Shown: in pieces, positions 1-8,665 of the stretch
Layout: every line of letters begins with the position of its first letter
How positions within the stretch are numbered: the first letter of the stretch is position 1
IMG/VR virus record: IMGVR_UViG_3300044512_000217
Coordinates: 1-30,334 of that record
Direction: 5' to 3' (one strand)
Origin: a virus
Taxonomy: Duplodnaviria; Caudoviricetes
DNA length: 30,334 nucleotides
Notes under the pieces: generated by a model
What the model was told of the DNA's origin: nothing
Database searches by the model: none
Seen by the model: the letters and a program-made list of their open reading frames with translations, nothing else
Position numbers and translations under genes: made by a program

Positions 1-1
1 C

Positions 2-538
2 CGCAAAGACGGCACCACTGTGGGGAGTATTGGGGTTAGTAGTACAACAGGCCTTGAATATATGTATATTGGGTCAGGTGCTGTAGGGCTTTTGTTTGAT
101 GAATACGGAACAGATGGCATACGTCCATTTAATACAAATGGCACATTAAGAGATAATGCAATTGATTTAGGATCATCAACTGCTCGCTTTGATGACGTTT
201 ACGCCACCAACGGCACGATCCAAACGTCTGATCAAAACGAAAAACAAGACATTGCAGAGCTAACAGATGCAGAGCAACGTGTAGCTGTAGCTGCCAAAGG
301 ATTGCTGCGTAAGTTCCGCTGGAAGGATGCAGTAGCAGAGAAGGGCGATGAAGCCAGAACACACTTTGGCATTATTGCACAAGACCTACAAGCTGCATTT
401 GCGGCTGAAGGATTAGACGCTAGCGATTACGCCATGTTCATCCACAGCACATGGACTGACGAAGAAACTGGCAAAGAAAAGTCACGCATGGGTGTTCGCT
501 ACAGCGAATTACTAGCGTTCATCATTGCAGCAATATAG
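2..538 (+). CDS. Tail fibre/tailspike C-terminus with intramolecular chaperone (peptidase S74-like) domain; 5'-partial
   Basis: Frame is open to the window edge (RKDGTTVGSIG...). Contains the TSDxxxKxDI autocleavage motif, then HFGIIAQDL and MGVRYSELLAF, typical of chaperone domains on phage fibres. Confidence 0.88.
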   Translation, partial: RKDGTTVGSIGVSSTTGLEYMYIGSGAVGLLFDEYGTDGIRPFNTNGTLRDNAIDLGSSTARFDDVYATNGTIQTSDQNEKQDIAELTDAEQRVAVAAKGLLRKFRWKDAVAEKGDEARTHFGIIAQDLQAAFAAEGLDASDYAMFIHSTWTDEETGKEKSRMGVRYSELLAFIIAAI

Positions 539-548
539 GAGATTTAAC

Positions 549-860
549 ATGGCTGTAACTTACACTTGGTCAGTAGCAAACACTGAACGCAATCTATCAG
601 ACGGTGGTATCACTGTCATTCACTGGCGTTGCACAGGCGTAGACGGTGACAACACAGCGTCATCCTACGGCACAACATCACATTCCCCTGATCCATCTGC
701 GGATGGCTGGGTGGCATATGCTGATCTGACAGAAGCCACAGTCTTAGGCTGGGTACACGGTCAGGTTAGCCAAGAAGATACCGAGGCTGCAATCCAAGCA
801 AAGCTGGATGCAATGGCAAACCCAACCTCACTTAGCGGTATGCCTTGGGCTGCTGAGTAA
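549..860 (+). CDS. Small tail-fibre-associated protein (putative)
   Basis: AGGAGA RBS before ATG 549 (MAVTYTW...). Motifs YADLTEATVLGWV and C-terminal GMPW resemble small proteins that follow fibres in marine phages. Confidence 0.65.
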   Translation: MAVTYTWSVANTERNLSDGGITVIHWRCTGVDGDNTASSYGTTSHSPDPSADGWVAYADLTEATVLGWVHGQVSQEDTEAAIQAKLDAMANPTSLSGMPWAAE

Positions 861-879
861 TACTTAGAAAGGAAATCAA

Positions 880-1101
880 ATGGTTGAAGAAAAAAAGACC
901 ATCACGATTGACGATGTAGAATACACAGAAGATCAGCTATCAGATGCAGCAAAGGTTTGCATTAATCACATTGGTTCCTTGGATCAAAAGATTGCATCAA
1001 CAGAGTTTAATCTTACACAACTGCAAGTAGGTCGTGAAGCATTTGTAGTTCGTTTAAAACATGAACTAAACAAAGAAGAAGACTTAGAGAGTGCTGCTTA
1101 A
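880..1101 (+). CDS. Hypothetical protein (ITIDDVEY N-terminus, coiled-coil C-terminus)
   Basis: AAAGGA RBS; 73-aa ORF in the fibre module. Confidence 0.7.
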   Translation: MVEEKKTITIDDVEYTEDQLSDAAKVCINHIGSLDQKIASTEFNLTQLQVGREAFVVRLKHELNKEEDLESAA

Positions 1102-1128
1102 AGTTCTTCTTTAAAGTAAAAGGTAAAA

Positions 1129-2667
1129 ATGGCAACCCTAGAACAAATTAAACAAGCGGCAGAAACCGACTTGGTAACATTTATCAAGTTAGTTTCTCCA
1201 GAACAAGTTCTAGGGCAATGCCATGAGGATGTATGTAACTGGTGGACACGTGAAGATTCTAAGTCTCACCAGTTACTACTCTTTCCTCGTGACCACGGCA
1301 AGTCAAGATTAATAGCCTATCGTGTAGCTTGGGAGTTGACAAAGAACCCAACTCTTCGTATACTATACATATCAGCTACAGCTAACTTAGCTGAAAAACA
1401 ACTAGGGTTTATCAAAGGAATCCTTACCTCTGATACTTACCGTAGGTACTGGCCTGAACATGTACATGCTGATGAAGGTAAACGCACACGGTGGACTAAC
1501 TCAGAGATCATGTTAGATCATCCACTACGGAGGAAAGAAAATGTTAGAGACCCTTCGGTCTTCACTGGTGGCCTTACTACGTCACTTACAGGACTTCACT
1601 GTGATATTGCTGTCTTGGATGATGTCGTTGTGTACGAAAATGCTTACACAGGCGAAGGACGCAATAAAGTTAAAAGTCAATACTCTCTTCTCTCGTCTAT
1701 CGAAGGTGCTGAAGCTAAAGAGTGGGTCGTAGGTACTCGTTATCATCCTGCCGATCTCTACAACGATCTTCTTCAGATGGTCGAGGATCAGTACGACGAA
1801 AGAGGACAGAAGGTTGGCGAAGAGAATATCTACGAAATATTTGAGAAGCCAGTAGAAGATTTAGGTGATGGAACAGGCGAGTTCCTCTGGCCTCGTACCC
1901 AACGTAAAGACGGTAAGTGGTTCGGCTTCGATATGAAAATCTTAGCCAAGAAACGTGGTCAGTATCTAGACAAAGGACAGTTCAGAGCACAGTACTACAA
2001 CGATCCATCCGATCCTGACAATGTACCTGTAGGTTCTGAAAAGTTTCAGTACTATGAAAGAAAACACATTCGTGAAGAAAACGGATACCTTTACTACAAA
2101 GATAATAGACTCAACGTCTTTGCTGCGGTGGATTTTGCTTTTAGTTTGGGTAAACGTGCTGATTACACAGCTATTGTCGTGGTAGGTATAGATGCAGACA
2201 ACAACATCTACGTCTTGGACATCGATAGATTCAGGACTGACAGAATCTCTGAGTACTTCGAACACATCCTTCACCTATCAAACAAGTGGTCATTCAGAAA
2301 ACTCAGAGCTGAAACAACTGTCGCACAGATGGCTATCGTCAAACAGCTTAAAGAACTTATCAAGCAACATGGACTTACCATAAGCATCGATGAGTTCAGA
2401 CCTAACAAAAGTCAGGGTAATAAACAGGAACGTATATCTTCTGTCTTAGAACCTAGATATGATAACCTGAGTATCTGGCACTACCGTGGGGGTAATACTC
2501 AAATACTCGAAGAAGAACTATCGTCACGTAACCCTCCTCATGACGATGTGATTGATGCCCTAGCCTCAGTTGTAGACATGGCTGTCAAACCTGCACGTGC
2601 AGTACGTAAACAAAAAGATAATGTAGTGCAGTTTCACTCTAAATTTGGAGGTGTTTCATTTGGCTAG
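1129..2667 (+). CDS. terL: Terminase large subunit
   Basis: Walker A-like PRDHGKS, Walker B IAVLDD, GTRYH coupling motif, and RNase H-like nuclease motifs VDFAFS..DYTAIVVVG and HDDVIDALA. Confidence 0.93.
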   Translation: MATLEQIKQAAETDLVTFIKLVSPEQVLGQCHEDVCNWWTREDSKSHQLLLFPRDHGKSRLIAYRVAWELTKNPTLRILYISATANLAEKQLGFIKGILTSDTYRRYWPEHVHADEGKRTRWTNSEIMLDHPLRRKENVRDPSVFTGGLTTSLTGLHCDIAVLDDVVVYENAYTGEGRNKVKSQYSLLSSIEGAEAKEWVVGTRYHPADLYNDLLQMVEDQYDERGQKVGEENIYEIFEKPVEDLGDGTGEFLWPRTQRKDGKWFGFDMKILAKKRGQYLDKGQFRAQYYNDPSDPDNVPVGSEKFQYYERKHIREENGYLYYKDNRLNVFAAVDFAFSLGKRADYTAIVVVGIDADNNIYVLDIDRFRTDRISEYFEHILHLSNKWSFRKLRAETTVAQMAIVKQLKELIKQHGLTISIDEFRPNKSQGNKQERISSVLEPRYDNLSIWHYRGGNTQILEEELSSRNPPHDDVIDALASVVDMAVKPARAVRKQKDNVVQFHSKFGGVSFG

Positions 2668-3130
2668 AGGTCTTTTAGATAAACCCCTTGAACGTATTTG
2701 TTCAAATTGTAATAAAAGTTTTGTACAAAAATCAACTAAAGGTTCCAATTTTTGTTGTTTTCAATGTAAACATGATTATAAATTAAAATTTGATTTAGAC
2801 TACAAACTTAGTCGTTTGTTGAATGGTTCAAAAGCAAGAGCATTTTCTAAAGCCCTTCCTTTTAATCTGACATTAAAATATCTGAAAAAACTATACGAAG
2901 AACAAGAAGGTCTTTGTGCTATAACAAATAAACCTTTTTGTTTTGCATCCCATCCAAAAAAACACGTAGCAGATAAAGACTCTGTTTCTCTTGATAGAAT
3001 TGAGCCTGATCTTGGTTACACAAAAGGAAATGTAAGATTTGTGACATTTCAAGTAAACTGCGCTAAAGGGTTTTACACTGACGAGGAGTTCTATGAAATG
3101 TGTGCAAATGCTCTAAGGAATAGACTGTAA
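2660..3130 (+). mobile_element. Free-standing HNH-like (His-Me finger) homing endonuclease gene
   Basis: Visibly more AT-rich than its flanks. N-terminal CxxC...CCxxC zinc finger; SLDRIEPDLGYTKGNVRFV...N.AK motif. Probable TTG start at 2660 behind GGAGGT (ORF track start is 2645). Confidence 0.75.
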
Positions 3131-4875
3131 TGGCTGGAACAACTATTGACATAGATCATTTTATTGATCCTCATGCTCTCGCAACTGACATCACAGATCG
3201 TTGGACTTCGTGGAATAATGCTCGTCGTACCAAGATAGAAGAGTGGAAAGAACTGCGTAACTATATCTACGCAACGGATACTCGTACAACATCTAATAGT
3301 AAACTACCGTGGACTAACAGCACAACCACACCTAAGCTAACACAGATAGCTGACAACCTACATGCCAACTACTTTTCAGCTTTGTTCCCCCAGCAAAGAT
3401 GGTTCAAGTTCCAAGCACACGATGAAGACTCAGACCTAAAAAATAAACGTGATGTCATTCAGGCTTATATGGAGAATAAAATCCGTCAGTCTGACTTTGA
3501 AAACACAGTGAGTAAATTAATAAATGACTACATCCAGTACGGTAACTGTTTCGCAACAGTTGACTTCTCCAGAGATTACACTGAGTACGACAATGGAGAA
3601 CGTATTGTCAACTACATTGGGCCTAAACTTGTCCGTATCAGCCCCTTTGACATCTGTTTCAACCCACTTGCCCCAAGTTTCGGAGATAGCCCTAAAGTTG
3701 TTCGTTCTATTCTAACCCTAGGGGAAGTTGCCCGAAAGGTAGAAGAGACAGTTGACAACAACTATATGAAGAGTATCCTTGACAAAATGATGGCTAACCG
3801 TTCAGCCATGTCAGGTCAAGACATAGATGTTGCCAAGTCTCAGGCATTCATAGCTGATGGCTTTGCAACTCTGTCAGAATACTACGAGTCTAACTACGTA
3901 GAACTTCTAACCTTCTACGGTGACATCTACGACTCAGAGAACGGTGAGTTCCATAAGAACCGTATCATAACAGTCGTTGATCGTTCTTATGTCTTGATAA
4001 ACGAACAGAACCCTAGCTGGTTAGGCAAGGCATCTATTTTCCACGCTGGTTGGAGAGAACGTCCTGACAACCTATACGCTATGGGGCCACTAGATAATCT
4101 TGTCGGTATGCAGTACCGCATAGACCACCTAGAAAACCTAAAGGCTGATGTCTTCGATCAGATTGCCTACCCGATTATCAAGATCAGAGGTGACGTAGAG
4201 GACTTCGACTTCGAACCTGCTGCACGTATATACATGGGTGAAGAGGGTGACGTAGGGTACCTAGCACCTGATGCTACAGCCTTGAATGCTGACTTCCAGA
4301 TTCAAACCCTAGAGAATAAAATGGAAATGCTGGCAGGTGCTCCACGTGAGGCTATGGGTATCCGTAGTGCAGGTGAAAAGACAGCCTTCGAAGTACAACA
4401 GTTGATGACAGCTGCGGGTCGTATCTTCCAACACAAGACAGCCCATTTTGAACGTGTGTTCTTAGAGCCAATCCTTAACGCTATGCTCGAAGCATCTCGT
4501 CGTAATATGGACTATGCCGACACAGTCCGTGTCTTGAATGATGACACAGGCTTGTACTTCTTCGAACAGATCACCAAAGAAGATATCATGGCTAACGGTA
4601 AGATCGTTCCTATGGGTGCTCGTCACTACGCAGAACGTGCTAATCGTGTACAAAACTTAACACAGCTATATCAGTTGAAGTTGTCAGACCCGACTATGGC
4701 AGCACACTTGTCAGGTAAAGAGTTTGCTCGTCTTCTAGCTGATGAACTAGGTGAACCTAAGTTGTTTGCTGAGAATGTCACAGTAACAGAACAACTAGAG
4801 ACACAACGAATTGCAACTGAAGCTGAAGTTCAGTTCCAAGAAGAGCAACAAATAGCAATGGAGAAAGGACTCTAA
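3130..4875 (+). CDS. Portal (head-tail connector) protein
   Basis: 581 aa, located between TerL and scaffold/capsid. Contains YGNCF, RISPFDI and EKTAFEV (TAxE) motifs of podovirus portals. Confidence 0.9.
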   Translation: MAGTTIDIDHFIDPHALATDITDRWTSWNNARRTKIEEWKELRNYIYATDTRTTSNSKLPWTNSTTTPKLTQIADNLHANYFSALFPQQRWFKFQAHDEDSDLKNKRDVIQAYMENKIRQSDFENTVSKLINDYIQYGNCFATVDFSRDYTEYDNGERIVNYIGPKLVRISPFDICFNPLAPSFGDSPKVVRSILTLGEVARKVEETVDNNYMKSILDKMMANRSAMSGQDIDVAKSQAFIADGFATLSEYYESNYVELLTFYGDIYDSENGEFHKNRIITVVDRSYVLINEQNPSWLGKASIFHAGWRERPDNLYAMGPLDNLVGMQYRIDHLENLKADVFDQIAYPIIKIRGDVEDFDFEPAARIYMGEEGDVGYLAPDATALNADFQIQTLENKMEMLAGAPREAMGIRSAGEKTAFEVQQLMTAAGRIFQHKTAHFERVFLEPILNAMLEASRRNMDYADTVRVLNDDTGLYFFEQITKEDIMANGKIVPMGARHYAERANRVQNLTQLYQLKLSDPTMAAHLSGKEFARLLADELGEPKLFAENVTVTEQLETQRIATEAEVQFQEEQQIAMEKGL

Positions 4876-4877
4876 AG

Positions 4878-4970
4878 ATGCCATACATGAAGGGTAAGAA
4901 GACAACATACGGTAAAGGTACTAAAAAGAAAGAACCTACTAAAACAATGAAGTCTCCTAAAAAGAAATAA
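4878..4970 (+). CDS. Lys-rich 30-aa micro-protein (MPYMKGKKTTYGKGTKKKEPTKTMKSPKKK)
   Basis: Translated by hand. GAAAGGA RBS at 4863-4869; exactly fills the gap, and its TAA abuts the next ATG at 4971. Confidence 0.65.
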   Translation: MPYMKGKKTTYGKGTKKKEPTKTMKSPKKK

Positions 4971-5216
4971 ATGAAATCCCACTGGTTCAAACAATGCAAG
5001 ACGAAAGAAGACAAGGAGAGTGTACGTCAAACTCTCATGTCAAACCGTGAAAGTCTTCTTCGTCTTGAAGTAATTCTTGAGTCTCTACTCAAAGAATCCC
5101 CATCGTCGGCTGACTATGACAGTCCGTCATGGGCGTACAAACAAGCTGATCGTATCGGCTATAACAGAGCACTAAACCAAGTGCTTGATATTATCAACTT
5201 AGACAATAAGGAATAG
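4971..5216 (+). CDS. Conserved hypothetical head-module protein
   Basis: 81 aa with DYDSPSWAYKQAD..GY..AL motif; sits between portal and scaffold. Confidence 0.75.
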   Translation: MKSHWFKQCKTKEDKESVRQTLMSNRESLLRLEVILESLLKESPSSADYDSPSWAYKQADRIGYNRALNQVLDIINLDNKE

Positions 5217-5219
5217 ATT

Positions 5220-5987
5220 ATGGTATTTACTGACAGTGCTGCAACCGCACAGACTGAGCAGGTAACAGAGCAGACGCAGCAAGAAACCTCACCACAGGAA
5301 TCTTACTTGCAAAAACTCGTAGAGGCAAAGGGAGAGAACTGGAAAGACCCTGAAGTCCTTGCCAAAGGTAAACTCGAAGCAGATGGTTATATCAAAACTC
5401 TTGAAGAGCAACTAGCCACTATGCGAGAGGATATGCAGAAGCAAGATTATCAGGCCCAGATTCTTGAACAGTTGCAGAACAAGGCTGCTGAAACTACCAC
5501 AGCACAACCTGCAATGCCCAATGATAATGGTAGCACAGAGACACAGGATACCACTGCAAGTCTTAGTGAGAACGATTTGGAAAGCCTTGTTGAAAAAACA
5601 CTGGTCAAACGTGAACAGGATGCTGTCATTAAACAGAACCTGACACAAGTAGATCAAGAGTTAGAGAAGTCTTTTGGTACGGAAGCTGCCGCTAAAGTCC
5701 AAGAGAAAGCCGAAGCACTTGGTATGACAATAGATCGTCTACGTGATATTGCAGCTGAGTCGCCCACAGCATTCTTTGCTCTTATCGGTGAACCACAGAA
5801 AACCTTTAGCCCTATGGTTCAAGGTTCTGTACGAACCGAAGGTGTCAACATGCAACAGTCGAATGAACGTGACTGGAACTACTACCAGAATCTTCGTCGG
5901 CAAAATTCAAAACAATACTATTCACCTAAAGTCCAACAGCAAATGATGCAGGACAAGCTACGGCTGGGTGATAGGTTCGGTAACTAA
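5220..5987 (+). CDS. Capsid scaffolding protein
   Basis: Acidic, Q/E-rich coiled-coil protein directly upstream of the major capsid gene; AAGGA RBS. Confidence 0.8.
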   Translation: MVFTDSAATAQTEQVTEQTQQETSPQESYLQKLVEAKGENWKDPEVLAKGKLEADGYIKTLEEQLATMREDMQKQDYQAQILEQLQNKAAETTTAQPAMPNDNGSTETQDTTASLSENDLESLVEKTLVKREQDAVIKQNLTQVDQELEKSFGTEAAAKVQEKAEALGMTIDRLRDIAAESPTAFFALIGEPQKTFSPMVQGSVRTEGVNMQQSNERDWNYYQNLRRQNSKQYYSPKVQQQMMQDKLRLGDRFGN

Positions 5988-5998
5988 GGAGACTAGCA

Positions 5999-6970
5999 AT
6001 GGCTGGTATGAACGATAGTGCAGTAAGCACTAACTTAGTCCGTAGTGAACTTTGGTCATCAGAACTAAAGGAACTACTACGTGACGAAATGATGGCACAG
6101 AACTACGTGCGTATGCTAGAAGGTTTCCCTGATGGTGATACTTTCAACATTCCACAAATCGGTGCGATCCAAACACGTGACTACACAGATGACACAGCTA
6201 TCACATATGATGCATTGTCAACTGCGAACTTCACGTTTGCGATTGACAAGTATTTGTCATCTGCAACTTACATCACGAAAGCAGCATCACAAGACTCTTT
6301 CTACAGTGCACAACTTGAAGCACGTTTTGTTCCAGAACAAGGCCGTGCGATCATGGAACACTTCGAGTCTACAACTTTTGCTGCACCTGAAGTAGGTGTT
6401 ACAGCTAACTCAGATGAAGCACAAGACGGTATCGCACACCGTATTTCAGGTGGTAACGGTGGTAAGCTAGAACTAGCTGACTTCGCATATGCACGTTATG
6501 CATTGAAGAAGTCCTCCGTACCTGATCGTGGTCTAGTTGCTATTGTTGACCCATCAGTTGAGTTCCAACTGAACACATTGACTAACATCGTTGGTGTTGC
6601 TAACAACCCAATGTTTGAAGGTATTGTTCGTGATGGTATCGCAACTGGTATGCGTTTCGTAGCTAACGTCTACGGCTTCGACGTATACACATCTAACTTC
6701 TTGAAGTCTGATGTCTCTGACTCAGCACTTGCAGAACGTGATGGTTCAACAACTAACAACTTTGGCACAGACAATGGTGTTGCTAACTTGTTCTTCTCAA
6801 CCGAAGGCGATGCGAACCCATTCGTAGGTGCATGGCGTCAAGAGCCAGAAGTTGATTACGAGTACAACAAAGACTACCAACGTCACGAGTATGTAACAAC
6901 TGCTCGTTACGGTGTCAAGAAGTACCGTCCAGAAGGTATCGTTACTATCGTAACCGATCCTGCTGTATAA
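5999..6970 (+). CDS. Major capsid protein
   Basis: Strong AAGGAG RBS, biased codons, 323 aa, HK97-like features (GDTFNIPQIG, YGVKKYRPE), followed by a terminator. Confidence 0.9.
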   Translation: MAGMNDSAVSTNLVRSELWSSELKELLRDEMMAQNYVRMLEGFPDGDTFNIPQIGAIQTRDYTDDTAITYDALSTANFTFAIDKYLSSATYITKAASQDSFYSAQLEARFVPEQGRAIMEHFESTTFAAPEVGVTANSDEAQDGIAHRISGGNGGKLELADFAYARYALKKSSVPDRGLVAIVDPSVEFQLNTLTNIVGVANNPMFEGIVRDGIATGMRFVANVYGFDVYTSNFLKSDVSDSALAERDGSTTNNFGTDNGVANLFFSTEGDANPFVGAWRQEPEVDYEYNKDYQRHEYVTTARYGVKKYRPEGIVTIVTDPAV

Positions 6971-6977
6971 TGATCTT

Positions 6978-7013
6978 AGGGTATCCCTTCAAAGGGGTAC
7001 CCTTCACTTTTTT
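6978..7013 (+). terminator. Rho-independent terminator after the major capsid gene
   Basis: AGGGTATCCCTT-CA-AAGGGGTACCCT hairpin followed by TCACTTTTTT. Confidence 0.8.
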
Positions 7014-7014
7014 G

Positions 7015-7043
7015 TTGACAAAAGATATCTTTTAGTTTATAAT
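7015..7043 (+). promoter_or_regulatory. Perfect consensus sigma70 promoter for tail genes
   Basis: TTGACA (7015-7020), 17-nt spacer, TATAAT (7038-7043). Confidence 0.85.
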
Positions 7044-7069
7044 ATCTTTAACACTGTCAGGGGTTCCTA

Positions 7070-7636
7070 ATGGCTAATGTAAATCACTCATCTCTAACTG
7101 ATCCTTACCTACATGAACCTAAGGGTGTAGCAGCTGCATCTTCAGGTAAGGTGTATGTGTCTAATGGGTCGGGTTCAGGAACTTGGAAAAAAGCACATTC
7201 AAATGCAGATGTGTATTTAGACTTTGATGCTACCACACCAGCTTATGTTCATTCAGCTACAACTGGTTTTACAGTTATTAATCCTACCCTAAGTACATCG
7301 ACACTTAATGGTTTTACAGTTACAAACTCACCTAATGCTAGACTAACGTATACAGGAACTGAGGATATTTCAGCTAACATACATATTTCAATATCTACTT
7401 CACAGTCTACAGGTACAAACAAAGATGTAGAGTGGATTGTTTATAAAAATGGTGCTGGACTTTTAGGTGCTCATGTCATCAGAACAATTAGTTCAGGTAC
7501 TTGGGGTTCCGTTTCATTACTTGGAAACAGTACACTATCAACTAATGATTACTTAGAAGTATACTCAAAGATTAACACTGCAAGTAATGTCAGTTATGCT
7601 TCTATCTTTTGGACAGTAAAAGGGTTACCAGTCTAA
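7070..7636 (+). CDS. Virion structural protein (head decoration/short fibre-like)
   Basis: N-terminal LHEPKG...VYVSNGSGSGTW motif; S/T-rich beta-sandwich C-terminus. Confidence 0.65.
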   Translation: MANVNHSSLTDPYLHEPKGVAAASSGKVYVSNGSGSGTWKKAHSNADVYLDFDATTPAYVHSATTGFTVINPTLSTSTLNGFTVTNSPNARLTYTGTEDISANIHISISTSQSTGTNKDVEWIVYKNGAGLLGAHVIRTISSGTWGSVSLLGNSTLSTNDYLEVYSKINTASNVSYASIFWTVKGLPV

Positions 7637-8364
7637 TGAAAACGACACTCTTAGAAATTGTTCAATCTATACTGTCTGACATGGATTCAGAGAATGTCAA
7701 TACTATCTCAGACAGTGTAGAAGCCCAACAGGTAGCCTCTGTTGTCGAGGATACCTACTACAATATTATTGCTGCTAGATATATCCCTGAACATGACGAA
7801 CTTATTAAGTTAGGTGTTCTTAGTGATTCAACTAAACCTACTCACTTTACAATCCACAACAGTATTAAAGAAATTAAACGTATTGAATATAACACAGGAA
7901 CAGTTGATGATCCTGATTATAGAATAGTTAAATTTGTAGAGCCTGAGTATTTTCTAGATAATATGGATGAATCAGGTCTACGTGTAGAATCTGATTACTA
8001 TCCTGACAATACTGACCTGTATGTAAGAACAGACAAACATCCTTCATACTACACGTCTTTTAATGATTACTATATCATAATGGATTCCTATGATAGTTCT
8101 GTAGAGGCAACCCTTCAGCAAAGTAAAACCAGAGCTATGGGTTCTGTCTATCCTTCTTTCAGTCAGACTGATTCATTCGAGCCTGACATAGACAAGAACC
8201 TAGTACCTTTACTCACAGCTGAAGCTAAGTCAGCCTGTTTTTCATTATTTAAAGGTGGATCAGACCCTAAGGTTGAACAGGCAGCACGTCGCTTGAAGTC
8301 ATACGTTCAGAACGATATGTATAAAATTAAACGTGCTAACACTCGTAATAACTACGGAAGATAG
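7636..8364 (+). CDS. Tail adaptor (tail tubular protein A-like)
   Basis: TAATG-coupled start (MKTTLLEIVQSILSDM..VNTISD). The N-terminal pattern and position match podovirus adaptors. Confidence 0.75.
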   Translation: MKTTLLEIVQSILSDMDSENVNTISDSVEAQQVASVVEDTYYNIIAARYIPEHDELIKLGVLSDSTKPTHFTIHNSIKEIKRIEYNTGTVDDPDYRIVKFVEPEYFLDNMDESGLRVESDYYPDNTDLYVRTDKHPSYYTSFNDYYIIMDSYDSSVEATLQQSKTRAMGSVYPSFSQTDSFEPDIDKNLVPLLTAEAKSACFSLFKGGSDPKVEQAARRLKSYVQNDMYKIKRANTRNNYGR

Positions 8365-8365
8365 T

Positions 8366-8665
8366 ATGATTGAATACCAAGAGTATCCAGAGAAACAAAT
8401 GTGTGTCTGCACAACAGACAAATTAAAAACTAAAGTTATTATTCAAAAATCTGTAGGCGGTAATATCTTCTTCGAATTTAAATTTGAAAAAGGTACTATA
8501 CCTAAAGAATTGTCTGGACGTTACACTTCGATTAAAAAGGCTCAACTAGGTCTAGAAAAGTATTTACGGAAACAACCTAAGTCAAAGACTGTCCTTCGTG
8601 ATGAAAGGGCTGACATGAGAGAGAAAGAACGTAATGCCGCAAAGTCTAAATCAGAAGGCAGTTAA
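8366..8665 (+). CDS. Hypothetical protein
   Basis: ORF fills the gap between the tail genes; contains a G.IPKELSGRYTS motif. Confidence 0.65.
   Translation: MIEYQEYPEKQMCVCTTDKLKTKVIIQKSVGGNIFFEFKFEKGTIPKELSGRYTSIKKAQLGLEKYLRKQPKSKTVLRDERADMREKERNAAKSKSEGS

Noticed and set aside
3752-3790. TTGACA sites inside portal and other genes as promoters
   Set aside because: No convincing -10 box at 17 nt, and TGACA is generally enriched in this window.
6960-7070. T7-like capsid frameshift or readthrough extension
   Set aside because: Double stop TAA TGA, no slippery site seen, and a terminator follows.
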